This document shows, piece by piece, positions 39,307-49,850 of a DNA stretch of 64,000 nucleotides. The position numbers and the translations under genes are program-made. This DNA comes from Bacteroidales bacterium (lineage in GTDB: Bacteria > Bacteroidota > Bacteroidia > Bacteroidales > JAQXIO01): contig JAQXIO010000053.1 in assembly GCA_029007825.1 (NCBI GenBank), positions 28,156 through 92,155 on the forward strand, read 5' to 3'. Each line of letters opens with the position of its first letter. Within the stretch, counting starts at the first letter, position 1. The notes under the pieces were generated by a model. The model saw only the letters and a program-made list of their open reading frames with translations, did not search any database and was not told the origin of the DNA.

Positions 39307-41865
39307 TCAAAGATTCCTTATTTCCAACGCTCCATCTTCACCCGCTATTTTGCAGGATTGAGGAGCGATATTTCCATAATACACGGTCAGCAGAACTTTT
39401 CCGTTATTCAACTCGACCGTACCGAAACCGGTATCGGTAGAGAGAAACGATTTAAAGTTCTTCCCTATTTTCGAATCGACGTAAAGCGTTTTATCCACAG
39501 CGTCATAACGCACTCCGGTAAGCGCTTGCAGCATGCTGTAACTGGCAAGTGCCCTTGCATACCATGCACCGCATTCGTATTCGTTAAACGGATTCCGTAC
39601 TTTTCCGTCGTAGCGGTCACGGCAGGCACGCACAATTTCCAGCCCTTTTTCCACTTCTCCTTCATACATAAGATGGGCGGCTACCTGATATTCGATTCCT
39701 GTCCATACTTCATTGCTGTAAACAAAGGGTAGTTGCAGCTTTCCGCCTTTCGGCCAAGTACACAGCAACAGTCCTCCTTCATTGCCAAGAGCAAACGTTG
39801 GCCGCTGCGGGTTCGAATGGTCGCTCAGGTCTTTCCTGAAATTATATTTATGCACCGCGTTCAGATGGCTACGTACTTTCTGCCTGTCTAACGGCTCATC
39901 CATTCCGGCAGTAAATGCCATATAGCAACCTAATACACCATCGGAAAGGCATCCTTTCCCATACTGGTATTTGGGCCCTTCCTTTTCAAGCAGAACCACG
40001 GCTTCGGGCGAATAGCCCCCTCCTATCGAATTTTCCGTCGCTTTTACAGGGTCAACGGCATCCAGGTCTTTCCATCTGATATCCTGTATAAAATATTCAC
40101 CGTCATACAGCTTGTTTTCCATATAGTCTTTGCTTTTCGTCAAAAGCGCTTCGTATGCAGAGACGTCGTCGTTTACAGCTTTTCCCAATAACACGATACT
40201 TTGCAACGCTGCGGTATAAAAGCTGGTACACATTCCGTCCGGCCCCCAAAACTCAATATCGTACGTATTGTGGTGCGGTTCTTCGAGCGCTCCTACTCTT
40301 CTCGGGTCCCATGCAGCAATGCAATAGTCCATGCTTTCTTTCACCTTCGGATAAATATCTTTCAGCCATTCATTGTCGCCACTGATGCGCCAATCTCTGT
40401 AAACTTTTACGATGCCTCCCAACTGGCCGTCGGCCGCTGCATAGAAATTGTGCTTAATGGGACGAATGGGCATTCCGGCACGGAACATCTGATGTCCCAG
40501 TTTATTCTGATCCACATAAAATTCGGTTTCCCTTAAAGAGCGTTCCAATGCGGGAAAGAGATGCGGTACGGCCTGTGCATAGTTCCAAACATGCGTGCAT
40601 GACCCATGACAGGAACCCCACGTATCGCCGGTGCCTTCATAGTTCCACATACGGCCATCGTACTGCCGCATTACTGTAGGGGATTTAAGTATCGAAAGAT
40701 TGGCACTCACGGCTTCCAGCACTTCGGGGGGCAGCGAACTGCTAAAGAAGGCATCGGTGAAGAGCTGCGATTTCGCTTTCAATCCATCGTAATTCTGCAA
40801 CCAATATGCGGCAACGTCCTGCACATTTCCAAAACGACGGCTATACCACGGCTCGTATGTTTCCGGCATATCGGCATCGCACGCCGCCGCCGTGCCTTTA
40901 TCTATTTCGGTTTCGGCATCTTCTCCATGCTGAACATCCGAGAAAGGAACGTACCATGCCATACAGAGACGTACGTTTTTCTTCTCTCCTGCCTTCAACT
41001 TAAAAGGCACAAAAAGAGAGGCTCCGGGTGCGTCGCTGTCAATCGGTTCATTTTGTCTTATCTCTCCATTCTGAATATCGTTCCATAACATGGTTATAGG
41101 ATCGAACCAAGCTCCTCTGAACCAACAATAATCTACCTGCGCCGGCTCGTCAGCGGTAAAAACGGCAAAATCGCCCTGCAAATGTTTTTTTTGCTGCGTG
41201 CCTCCCTGAGAAAGTACAAATCCGTTCTCTATCTTTCCTATCGAATTTTTCGCACTTTTATCGTTTTTCATGAAGTTTTCAGAATTGTAAGAGAACACGG
41301 CTTCTATATCTCTGTCCGTCGGGTTGTAAAAGGTATATTCTATGGCTCCGACCGGAAGGCTGGCATTGTCGTTGTCGCCCGGAATAAAAGGACTCCATGC
41401 CGTCATTTCCACTTCGAAAGGTATATCCTTATCGGAGAGAGCAATCGTGGCAAACGGAAAGCGGGCGGTGAACACGGCCTTATCAAAGCGCGGCAATCCC
41501 CACGATCCGGAGCCACCGATGGCTGAATGCTTCATTCCGAATTTTTTCCAGCCGGGAACAGGTCCTTCCAGAACTTTCGTTCCGTTTTCCACTCCTTTTA
41601 TGTGTATGGCCGCATACATAGCCGGTTCAAAAAAGACGTCGGGCTTGTGCCTGACCGACATATTGGAGATTGCGCCTGTTCCTTCCCAGCAAAACATTCC
41701 GGCTCCGATTCCTCCTACCGGAAATGCAATGCGGTCAAGATATTCACCTTCGTAAGAAGCATTGTAACGGTGCTTTTCCGTATTTTGTGCAGCTTTATCG
41801 CAGCAGGACGACAGCATAAATGCCATCCCAACCACGGCTGCAATTGTCTTTAATATAGGTTGCAT
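39307..41865 (-). CDS. glycoside hydrolase family 116-like lipoprotein (GBA2-type N-terminal domain plus DUF608 catalytic domain)
   Basis: Lipobox LSSC and FPVGGIGAGMF N-terminal motif. The 852-aa length and layout are typical of GH116. Confidence 0.75.
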   Translation of the reverse strand: MQPILKTIAAVVGMAFMLSSCCDKAAQNTEKHRYNASYEGEYLDRIAFPVGGIGAGMFCWEGTGAISNMSVRHKPDVFFEPAMYAAIHIKGVENGTKVLEGPVPGWKKFGMKHSAIGGSGSWGLPRFDKAVFTARFPFATIALSDKDIPFEVEMTAWSPFIPGDNDNASLPVGAIEYTFYNPTDRDIEAVFSYNSENFMKNDKSAKNSIGKIENGFVLSQGGTQQKKHLQGDFAVFTADEPAQVDYCWFRGAWFDPITMLWNDIQNGEIRQNEPIDSDAPGASLFVPFKLKAGEKKNVRLCMAWYVPFSDVQHGEDAETEIDKGTAAACDADMPETYEPWYSRRFGNVQDVAAYWLQNYDGLKAKSQLFTDAFFSSSLPPEVLEAVSANLSILKSPTVMRQYDGRMWNYEGTGDTWGSCHGSCTHVWNYAQAVPHLFPALERSLRETEFYVDQNKLGHQMFRAGMPIRPIKHNFYAAADGQLGGIVKVYRDWRISGDNEWLKDIYPKVKESMDYCIAAWDPRRVGALEEPHHNTYDIEFWGPDGMCTSFYTAALQSIVLLGKAVNDDVSAYEALLTKSKDYMENKLYDGEYFIQDIRWKDLDAVDPVKATENSIGGGYSPEAVVLLEKEGPKYQYGKGCLSDGVLGCYMAFTAGMDEPLDRQKVRSHLNAVHKYNFRKDLSDHSNPQRPTFALGNEGGLLLCTWPKGGKLQLPFVYSNEVWTGIEYQVAAHLMYEGEVEKGLEIVRACRDRYDGKVRNPFNEYECGAWYARALASYSMLQALTGVRYDAVDKTLYVDSKIGKNFKSFLSTDTGFGTVELNNGKVLLTVYYGNIAPQSCKIAGEDGALEIRNL

Positions 41866-41913
41866 GATTATAGAAATAAAGGTTCTGTTCCGGAATTCTA
41901 TTATTTTCAGTTA

Positions 41914-43083
41914 TCAGGGTATTTCCAGTTCATCTCTTTCAGGTAATGCGGGGAACTTCGCATGCGGTTCGGCCTGATACCAGAATACGGTCGAAGATAT
42001 ATCGGATTTCTGATCGAGATAGCGTCCGTCGTATCTCCAGCCCAAATCCTGAATGGTTACTTTCAGGTCTTTGTCAAAACGGATAGGGTCCAGAATATGC
42101 CAGCGATAGAGGCCGAAAGCCTGTACGGAACGATAGAGGCCGTTCGGTCGAATCACCTGATGCATACCGGAATAAGGTGTCGTAAATTCCTGATACTGGT
42201 GTGTTTTCTGGTTTTCAAAATTGTACGAACCACAAAAATAGTCTTCTGTTCCGGTACCGCAAATGGTGGGATATTCTTTATCGCCATCCATATAGAATTT
42301 AATTTCTCCTTCTCCCCACCATCCGTTATCGTTTACGCGCCATGCGAGATAGGTACCGACGTATTGTCCCTTTCCCTTAATTCCGTCGACCAATGTATGC
42401 TGTGATCCCTGCGTCGGATTGGAACGGCGAAATTGTGCATGGAAATAGGCTTCGTCTTCGGGCACATCGGTAAGGGTATAATTGATCTGGTAGTAGAGGC
42501 GCATGCCTTCCTTTTTATTTATGTTTTCCATCGTAATCTTACATTTTTTACGGAAAGGCATTTTCCAGTAGCAGTTAAAAGCGCTTCCGGGATTTACGCA
42601 TACGGCAAGCGAAGAGAGTTGGGCGTATTCATTATAGGCGCTGCAAAAGAAATCACCGACGGGACATTCGACGGAGGGTTCTTTTTCATCGTCCCAATAG
42701 ATACGCAAAATCGAAAAACGCCAGTTTCCGGTGGGTGTCATCCATATTTGCTGAATGGCTCCGGGGCCTTCTATTTCGGCTATCGTTACCGTTTCTCCCG
42801 AAGCTATATGGATAAAAGGATTTACTTTCCAACCTTTTCCCAAATCCTGTGCGGCATGCGAAGCGTTGGCTACATTGTTTTTCCCAGCGTCGGCCTTGGG
42901 GTCTGCCATTCCCCCTTTTCCTTTTTCGCCTTTATAGTTTTCTGGACTTATGGAGCGTGTCTTCGCATCGGAAAGACGGGACAGGGTTCCCATGTTCATA
43001 TCCAAACCGTTAAAGGGATATTTCTGTGCCGAAAGCGCAAAAGATACTGCTGCCATCAGCAGCAACGAGAAGTACTTTTTCAT
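41914..43083 (-). CDS. DUF2961 / glycoside hydrolase family 172-like secreted protein
   Basis: Signal peptide, then EIEGPGAIQQIWMT and GTGTEDYF motifs characteristic of DUF2961. Confidence 0.7.
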   Translation of the reverse strand: MKKYFSLLLMAAVSFALSAQKYPFNGLDMNMGTLSRLSDAKTRSISPENYKGEKGKGGMADPKADAGKNNVANASHAAQDLGKGWKVNPFIHIASGETVTIAEIEGPGAIQQIWMTPTGNWRFSILRIYWDDEKEPSVECPVGDFFCSAYNEYAQLSSLAVCVNPGSAFNCYWKMPFRKKCKITMENINKKEGMRLYYQINYTLTDVPEDEAYFHAQFRRSNPTQGSQHTLVDGIKGKGQYVGTYLAWRVNDNGWWGEGEIKFYMDGDKEYPTICGTGTEDYFCGSYNFENQKTHQYQEFTTPYSGMHQVIRPNGLYRSVQAFGLYRWHILDPIRFDKDLKVTIQDLGWRYDGRYLDQKSDISSTVFWYQAEPHAKFPALPERDELEIP

Positions 43084-43232
43084 AGTATTTATATTTTCAG
43101 AGTTATTCTTTATATATCAGGATTCACCAACGGCCGGAATACAAAACCTACTATCAGAAAACATCTAAACGCAGTATCCGATTCGTGTTTTGCATGTATT
43201 TTCTATCCTGTTTCCGGCAATCATGCAAATGT

Positions 43233-43260
43233 AATAGCTAAAACGATTTAGCTATTTTTA
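43233..43260 (+). terminator. orphan plus-strand terminator-like hairpin in the GH172/proA divergent gap
   Basis: 10-bp perfect stem AATAGCTAAA / TTTAGCTATT with loop ACGA, followed by TTTTTATT. No plus-strand gene lies upstream. Confidence 0.4.
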
Positions 43261-43382
43261 TTCAAATATGTTTTACAACATAGCGCAAGTATGTAATAAC
43301 AATGTGAATTTGTATTCTGACAACTTATTCCGGCATTTTACTTTTATATAGGTTCGGTTATCGGGAAATAAATTAGATTTCC

Positions 43383-43390
43383 TACCTTTG
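43383..43390 (+). promoter_or_regulatory. candidate -7 box for proA-argF'
   Basis: TACCTTTG lies 48 nt upstream of the ATG at 43438. Confidence 0.45.
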
Positions 43391-43437
43391 TATTTAAGAT
43401 ATTCAGACGGAATATCGGTAAATCAACCATCAGAATT

Positions 43438-44682
43438 ATGGAAACTGTTTTTAAATCGGTGCAGGCTGCAAGCCGTACACTCAATTTACTCGATGCCGCC
43501 ACAATCAACCAGGTTCTTCTGGCCGTAGCAGACGAGGCGGAAAAAGAAATTCCTTCTATTCTGGAAGCAAACCGGAAAGATCTCAGCCGTATGGATCCGA
43601 ACGATCCGAAATACGACCGGTTAATGCTTACCGAAGAACGTATCAAAGGTATCGCCAGCGATATGCGTAACGTTGCATCTTTACCGTCACCGACCGGCCG
43701 TATTTTATCCGAAACGAGACATCCCAATGGGATGACGATTACCAAAATAAGTGTTCCTTTCGGGGTTATCGGTATTATATACGAGGCACGCCCGAATGTC
43801 AGTTTCGATGTATTTTCTCTCTGCCTGAAATCGGGTAATGCTTGTATTCTGAAAGGAGGGTCGGATGCTCACGATTCGAATACCGCAATCGTTTCAGTTA
43901 TCCGCAAGGTCTTAAAAAGATTCGATATAGACCCGAATGTGTGCGTACTTCTTCCGGCGAGCCGCGAAGCTACCGCCGAGTTGCTGAATGCCGTAGGTTA
44001 CGTAAACCTGATTATTCCACGCGGCAGCAGTAGCCTGATCAATTATGTGCGGGATAATGCCAAAATTCCGGTTATCGAAACGGGTGCGGGCATTTGCCAT
44101 ACGTATTTCGATGCTACGGGCGACGTGGAAAAGGGTGCTGCCATTGTATTCAACGCGAAAACGCGCCGCGTAAGCGTGTGCAATGCTCTCGATTGTCTCA
44201 TCATTCATGCTTCACGCTTGAAAGACCTGCCTGCAATATGTGACCGGCTGAAAGAGGAGAATGTAATCATCTATGCAGATGAAAGGGCTTATAAGGCTTT
44301 GGAGGGGCATTATCCGGCCAACTTACTGGAGCATGCAACGAACGAAAGTTTCGGCACCGAATTTTTGTCGTATAAGATGTCTATCAAAACGGTCGATTCG
44401 TTCGAGGATGCGATTAAACATATCAATACTTATTCTTCCATGCACAGCGAATCGATCGTAAGCGAGGATGCGGAAAAGATTACGTTATTCGAAAAGATGG
44501 TGGATGCGGCCTGCGTGTATACCAATGTTTCTACGGCCTTTACGGACGGGGCTCAATTCGGGTTGGGTGCGGAGATCGGCATCAGTACGCAAAAACTGCA
44601 TGCCCGCGGCCCGATGGCGCTGGAGGAGCTGACTACTTATAAATGGATTATCAAGGGTAACGGACAAACAAGATCAAAATAA
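43438..44682 (+). CDS. proA: glutamate-5-semialdehyde dehydrogenase (gamma-glutamyl phosphate reductase)
   Basis: [10 protein letters not shown], catalytic Cys in [14 protein letters not shown], and a typical C-terminus ([15 protein letters not shown]). Confidence 0.95.
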   Translation: METVFKSVQAASRTLNLLDAATINQVLLAVADEAEKEIPSILEANRKDLSRMDPNDPKYDRLMLTEERIKGIASDMRNVASLPSPTGRILSETRHPNGMTITKISVPFGVIGIIYEARPNVSFDVFSLCLKSGNACILKGGSDAHDSNTAIVSVIRKVLKRFDIDPNVCVLLPASREATAELLNAVGYVNLIIPRGSSSLINYVRDNAKIPVIETGAGICHTYFDATGDVEKGAAIVFNAKTRRVSVCNALDCLIIHASRLKDLPAICDRLKEENVIIYADERAYKALEGHYPANLLEHATNESFGTEFLSYKMSIKTVDSFEDAIKHINTYSSMHSESIVSEDAEKITLFEKMVDAACVYTNVSTAFTDGAQFGLGAEIGISTQKLHARGPMALEELTTYKWIIKGNGQTRSK

Positions 44683-45635
44683 TGAGAAATTTCACAAACG
44701 TACAGGATATAGGAGACTTGAAGGGTGCTGTAAAAGAGGCTTTGGAGGTAAAGGCTAACCGTTTTGCTTACCAGCATTTAGGCAGGAACAGGACTTTACT
44801 GATGATCTTTTTCAATTCAAGCCTGCGTACGCGCCTCAGCACGCAAAAGGCTGCCATGAACTTAGGGATGAATACGATCGTGCTGGACGTGAACCAGGGT
44901 GCATGGAAATTAGAAACGGAGCGGGGCGTGATTATGGACGGAGACAAGCCTGAACATTTGCTGGAGGCTATCCCGGTAATGGGTTGTTACTGCGATGTGA
45001 TCGGTGTACGTGCTTTTGCTCGCTTCGAGAATAAGGAGGAGGATTATAACGAAACGATCATCAACCAGTTTATCAAGTATTCGGGACGCCCGGTATTCAG
45101 TATGGAAGCAGCGACAAGACATCCTCTGCAAAGTTTCGCCGACCTGATTACGATCGAGGAGTATAAACGCTGCGAGCGTCCGAAGGTGGTGCTTTCGTGG
45201 GCTCCTCATCCGAAATCGTTGCCTCAGGCTGTTCCCAATTCGTTTGCGGAGTGGATGAATGCAACGGATTATGATTTTGTCATTACCCATCCGAAGGGTT
45301 ACGAGCTGGCTCCCCAGTTCGTAGGGAAGGCTAAGGTGGAATACGATCAACGCAAGGCTTTCGAGGGGGCGGATTTTATATATGCCAAAAACTGGTCTGC
45401 CTATGCTGATCCGAATTACGGAAAGGTTTTATCGACCGATCGTGCGTGGACGGTCGACAGTGAAAAGATGGGACTGACCAATAATGCGTTCTTTATGCAT
45501 TGTCTTCCGGTACGGCGCAATATGATCGTTACGGACGATGTTATCGAGAGTCCGCAATCGATCGTTATTCCCGAAGCTGCCAACCGTGAAATATCGGCTC
45601 AGGTTGTTCTGAAAAGAATACTGGAGTCGCTGTGA
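44682..45635 (+). CDS. argF: N-succinyl-L-ornithine carbamoyltransferase (Bacteroidetes argF' type)
   Basis: FFNSSLRTRLSTQKAA, GAWKLETERGVIMDG and FMHCLPVRRN closely resemble my recollection of the characterised Bacteroides fragilis SOTCase. Overlaps the proA stop by 1 nt (TAATG). Confidence 0.88.
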   Translation: MRNFTNVQDIGDLKGAVKEALEVKANRFAYQHLGRNRTLLMIFFNSSLRTRLSTQKAAMNLGMNTIVLDVNQGAWKLETERGVIMDGDKPEHLLEAIPVMGCYCDVIGVRAFARFENKEEDYNETIINQFIKYSGRPVFSMEAATRHPLQSFADLITIEEYKRCERPKVVLSWAPHPKSLPQAVPNSFAEWMNATDYDFVITHPKGYELAPQFVGKAKVEYDQRKAFEGADFIYAKNWSAYADPNYGKVLSTDRAWTVDSEKMGLTNNAFFMHCLPVRRNMIVTDDVIESPQSIVIPEAANREISAQVVLKRILESL

Positions 45636-45680
45636 TTTTAACCTAAGAAGAAGATTTATAAATAAAATATTACGGAAAAG

Positions 45681-45715
45681 AACCTGCCTGCAAAACCGGG
45701 CGGGTTTCTTTTTTT
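45681..45715 (+). terminator. rho-independent terminator of proA-argF'
   Basis: AACCTGCC / GGCGGGTT stem with a 10-nt loop, followed by TCTTTTTTT. Confidence 0.75.
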
Positions 45716-45862
45716 AGTGTTTTCGAAAACGTTGCCTGTCTTTCGATTTTTTTATCGAAATGCTTATATATCCAAATAGTTCCGATGCAGGGAAACGGAT
45801 AAAAGGGAGCTGCCCTGCGATAAAAGAATGTGATCGATTATTTATATCTATAACAAAGTATT

Positions 45863-46294
45863 TTATACGTTTTTTTTGCGTAATTCTTTCCATCCGCGGT
45901 ACAGAAATAAAAATCCGGTTAAGATAAGGGCGGAAGAGAGTCCTGTATAGAATACAGCGATAAACGGTACGGGGAACCACCCGAACCTGCGTGCAACAAT
46001 GCCAAAAGTGACCATTACGACCATTACGATCCATCCTTTGATATCGAAAAAAGAGAAGGGACAGTTTTTCTCATTCTTTTTTCCGATGCGTTGTGTATGC
46101 TTTAACAGCAGTTTCCTGAATATAAAACAGAAGAAGAGCAAAAACACGACGATGGCTTCCCCAATTTTAAATAACCAGAACTGGCTGTTATCCTGCCAGG
46201 TTACAATTCCGATCCTGAGAATATTGCTTCCGGCTACTATCCATACAATACCGGCCGTGAACAACAATGTTTCCTTACTGACCCCGTATTTCAT
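45863..46294 (-). CDS. small 4-TM membrane protein, unknown function
   Basis: 143-aa ORF with four hydrophobic spans. No family recognised. Confidence 0.5.
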   Translation of the reverse strand: MKYGVSKETLLFTAGIVWIVAGSNILRIGIVTWQDNSQFWLFKIGEAIVVFLLFFCFIFRKLLLKHTQRIGKKNEKNCPFSFFDIKGWIVMVVMVTFGIVARRFGWFPVPFIAVFYTGLSSALILTGFLFLYRGWKELRKKNV

Positions 46295-46495
46295 CTGTTC
46301 TGTTTTATCTCTTGTCCGATTATATAAAGCCTAATATATACCGAATGTTGCTCTTCTAATAAATGTTTCCCCAATTATTCAATCCCATATAAGAACAAGC
46401 TAAAGATTTGTTTCAAACCGCATAAGAAAAAGGAACTTTTTATCTTTTCGATACAGATACCGTTTCTTATCCCCACCCTTCCGAAGCTATATCCC

Positions 46496-47758
46496 TTATT
46501 CTCTTTTTTCCGGAACAGTAAGTTCTTCAAAAATCGCTGTAAACTGGCGTGCTTGTTCCACACGTGAATATTTCCGGATTATATCTTTCTTTACGGGAAC
46601 TGTCGTGTAACCTTTTTGTTTCCATTCGGCATATTTCTCCAAAAGAAAAACTTTCACTTCTTCTACAGTTCTGGCCGATAAGCCCGCTCCCGTCTCACGG
46701 ATCGCCTGTTCCAGACATTGTTCGTCGCTCCGTACACAGAGAACCGGTTTTTCGACTGCAAGCGCTTCGAAAAACTTCGTTGTCATAAGTCCTTTGGGGC
46801 CTGTTCCGGTTGCCTTGTTCGTCAATTGCAACAGCACGGAGCTACGATTCAGCAAAGCGGGTATTTCGGACGCCGGTATATAACCGGGATAGTCCATATA
46901 TTCCATAATTCCGTATTGCCGGACAAGCGGAAGAAGAATTTTTTCAGAGTCGTTATCGATATACCACTTTATCCTGAAGTCACCCGGAGAAATTTTCCCT
47001 TCACAGGACAACTGTGCCACGGCTTCAAAAAGAAGGGAGGGGTCACGCATCGCAAGACTGAGAAGGCGTCCGGTGTAGGTAATGACAAATTGTTCCGTCT
47101 TTATTTGTTCGGGATAAAAAATATCCGGATCGTATCCGTTATAAATCAGCTCTACATCGGGGTTGTATTTTTTCAGTACTTCGACGTGCCACGGCGAAAC
47201 GGTGGTGACACAACCAGCAAAACGCAGCACTTTATTTCTCCGTGTGAGGCTTTTCCATTTAAAGAATGCGGTGATCCATCTATCCAAAAAAGGGAGGGTT
47301 TTAAAAGAGGACGATATATATTCGTTTCCTGCATACTGTTCTATTATATCGCGAAGATCAGCTACCAGAGGCAAATTGTATCTCCGTGCCAGCCGCATCG
47401 CCGCACCAAGCGGAAATGTTCTGTATGTACTGCACAGGATAAGATTGAATTTTTCTTTCTCCGCCACTTCGCGGGCTTTGCGATAAAAGAGACGGTCTTT
47501 ATAATTGAAAAACAGATTCAGCAGAAAGAAGATAAACCATTCGATCCGTTTCGCTATGCGTCCTTTCGCCCTATAAAAGGAGACGGCAGTAACCGCACAA
47601 TTTCCGGAAAGGAAGGCAAACGTATTATCTGAAGAGGCTTCGGTTACAACAGTGGGTGTCCATCCGAGGGCTTTCAGATACTTACACAGATACCCCATCC
47701 TCGGCCCGAAGGCGGGGGGGAATAGATCGCAGAGTATCAATATTTTCTTCGTATCCAT
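46496..47758 (-). CDS. GT-B fold glycosyltransferase (GT4-like)
   Basis: 420 aa. N-terminal ILILCDLFPPAFGPRMGY and a C-terminal nucleotide-sugar-binding half (GLMTTKFFEALAVEKPVL). Confidence 0.75.
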   Translation of the reverse strand: MDTKKILILCDLFPPAFGPRMGYLCKYLKALGWTPTVVTEASSDNTFAFLSGNCAVTAVSFYRAKGRIAKRIEWFIFFLLNLFFNYKDRLFYRKAREVAEKEKFNLILCSTYRTFPLGAAMRLARRYNLPLVADLRDIIEQYAGNEYISSSFKTLPFLDRWITAFFKWKSLTRRNKVLRFAGCVTTVSPWHVEVLKKYNPDVELIYNGYDPDIFYPEQIKTEQFVITYTGRLLSLAMRDPSLLFEAVAQLSCEGKISPGDFRIKWYIDNDSEKILLPLVRQYGIMEYMDYPGYIPASEIPALLNRSSVLLQLTNKATGTGPKGLMTTKFFEALAVEKPVLCVRSDEQCLEQAIRETGAGLSARTVEEVKVFLLEKYAEWKQKGYTTVPVKKDIIRKYSRVEQARQFTAIFEELTVPEKRE

Positions 47759-47767
47759 CGGGGTGGG

Positions 47768-49087
47768 TTATTTTCCTTTGTTTTTCAAATCATTCAACAG
47801 TTCTCCGTAGAGCTTCCGCTGCCACGGTGCATATCCGGGAGACAGATGTGTTTCAACAACCGTGTCGTTGTGCCAGAGCAACGCTATTTCGCCATTGACC
47901 TTTTCCGAACGGTCTATTAACCGGCGGCAATAGTCCAATGCTTCTTCATATTCCATATTCATATAGCGGGAATCGTCTAACGTACATTCCATTACGGTAA
48001 GCGGATGAAGCGTCAATGCGGTTAGCGTCTGACTTACAGGATTTATCCAGCGTACCGGCTGCGATGTGCCCAGACGGAATCCTGCAACGTCGGCATATCC
48101 CATCGTGAAATCGTCCGTTATACCGGCCTGTACCAAAGCGGCCATATCTTCGGGCTCACGGGAACCGAGATAATGGTGACGGTTGCGATCTACCGGCATT
48201 CCCGATGCCTGTCCGAGCTGTGTCCGTTCTTCTGCTATCAACCCGGGGTTCAACCCGGCCTCATAACTGCTGTGCAGACCGATGGAGGCTTCCATCTTCC
48301 TGCAAAGGGCAAAAAGCGCTTTCATATCGTCCGAACCGATTTTGTAATGCGGCTTGTCTTGGGCGGTTTTACCGGAGGATTTGAAAAAGAGCAGGATTTC
48401 GCACCGCTCTTTTCCCCACATTTGCCGTACTTGGTTATCTTTCCCGAGCAACCACGGAAAGGTATAATTAGGATCATTCTCCAAAGCGCCGAAATAGTAG
48501 TTCAACGTCCTGAATATATTTCTACGGGCTACGAGTTCCCGGACGATACTACGAAAAGTGCGGCAATAAAAGGGAGCGTCTACGTCGTGTGTCAGGTATA
48601 TTTTTTTCAATGTTTGCGGAGGTTCCGGAATATCTATGTTTTGCCGCCTCAACCATTGCCTGAGCAAACGGCCGTATTCGTCCACTACGGGACGATCGAT
48701 AAAGCCGCCGCGATAAGGGAGAGATTCTTTTCCGTAAAAACGACCATGCGTATCGCGCACATCCCTCTTCACCGTCTCTTCGTAACGGGAAACAAGGAAA
48801 TAGGTGCCTGCTATTATATCGGCATGCACGACCAGCGTATCGCCGATATATTCCATTTCGGGCGTACCGAAAAGCAAGGGTACATTTTCTATCTCAGACA
48901 GGGGTAAAACCGGCAGTGAGGCTTCTGTTCCATATATATCCGGACGGAAAAAAGGAGAAGGAAGGATAACCAGTTTATAGTCACCGAACTTTTCCTTATC
49001 GTCCGTATAACCGACATATGAGCATATTTCATCCGTAGCGTTCCCGCCAATCAGAAAACGGACGATATAGGCTATAATGTCTTTCAT
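47768..49087 (-). CDS. putative NodB-like polysaccharide deacetylase family protein
   Basis: 439 aa. LTHDVDAP, GLHSSYEA and NRHHYL resemble divergent carbohydrate-esterase-4 metal and catalytic motifs. The N-terminal about 170 aa are unassigned. Confidence 0.45.
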   Translation of the reverse strand: MKDIIAYIVRFLIGGNATDEICSYVGYTDDKEKFGDYKLVILPSPFFRPDIYGTEASLPVLPLSEIENVPLLFGTPEMEYIGDTLVVHADIIAGTYFLVSRYEETVKRDVRDTHGRFYGKESLPYRGGFIDRPVVDEYGRLLRQWLRRQNIDIPEPPQTLKKIYLTHDVDAPFYCRTFRSIVRELVARRNIFRTLNYYFGALENDPNYTFPWLLGKDNQVRQMWGKERCEILLFFKSSGKTAQDKPHYKIGSDDMKALFALCRKMEASIGLHSSYEAGLNPGLIAEERTQLGQASGMPVDRNRHHYLGSREPEDMAALVQAGITDDFTMGYADVAGFRLGTSQPVRWINPVSQTLTALTLHPLTVMECTLDDSRYMNMEYEEALDYCRRLIDRSEKVNGEIALLWHNDTVVETHLSPGYAPWQRKLYGELLNDLKNKGK

Positions 49088-49093
49088 AGAGAA

Positions 49094-49732
49094 TCAGAGA
49101 AACAGGCGTATGACTTCAAATGCTTCGGCGTATGCACATCCGGCCTGTACGCCGCGCGCCTTTGCCAAGGCGTATATAAATTCTTTCGAAAGGTAGTCGC
49201 GACGTCCCTGCGATTCGTATTCTTTCAGCGCTTCTACTTTGGCATCGATGTATTTTTCCTCGAGCTTCACGAAGCATTGCGTATTGAATGTCAGATTGTT
49301 CCAAATAAGTTCATATCCAAGCAGTGTGGTATTCTTAAAAGCGCGGACACCTTCCTGCGCTATCGTGGTGTGGTCCTGATGAATATCGTGCAGACTGGGA
49401 ATAAAGACAAGATCGAAGTGTACTGTGTTTTTTATGCGGATTAGTTCTTCGAGTATTTCCTGACGCGCATATCCCAGTTTACGGACTTCGTAATTATAGA
49501 TCAGCAGGTTTTCGGGTTTTACTCCGAGCTTTTCCGTAGCGCGCTTTACTTCCGTTTTGAGAATATCTTTCGGAAAACCGGCCGGAACGGACTGTTCCGC
49601 CGTAGAGAAAGCGGCATATACCACATTTTTCCCCTGTTCTATAAGATAGTTGATGGTACCTCCCAACCCGAGTTCTCCGTCATCGGTGTGCGGTGCCAAT
49701 ACCAAAACGTTATTGCATTTATCGGTTATCAT
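49094..49732 (-). CDS. PIG-L / LmbE family N-acetylglucosaminyl deacetylase
   Basis: VLAPHTDDGELGLGGT (the AHPDDE-type motif) and DIHQDH zinc-ligand motif. Confidence 0.85.
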   Translation of the reverse strand: MITDKCNNVLVLAPHTDDGELGLGGTINYLIEQGKNVVYAAFSTAEQSVPAGFPKDILKTEVKRATEKLGVKPENLLIYNYEVRKLGYARQEILEELIRIKNTVHFDLVFIPSLHDIHQDHTTIAQEGVRAFKNTTLLGYELIWNNLTFNTQCFVKLEEKYIDAKVEALKEYESQGRRDYLSKEFIYALAKARGVQAGCAYAEAFEVIRLFL

Positions 49733-49850
49733 AAATCCTAATTTTTTGTTGCCGTATCTTCCGGAGTTCTTTTCTGTCCGGCAAATACAAACGTATATTT
49801 ATCAAACCTTATTTTTCTCCGGTTATTGCAACCACAGGAAGGTTTTAATT

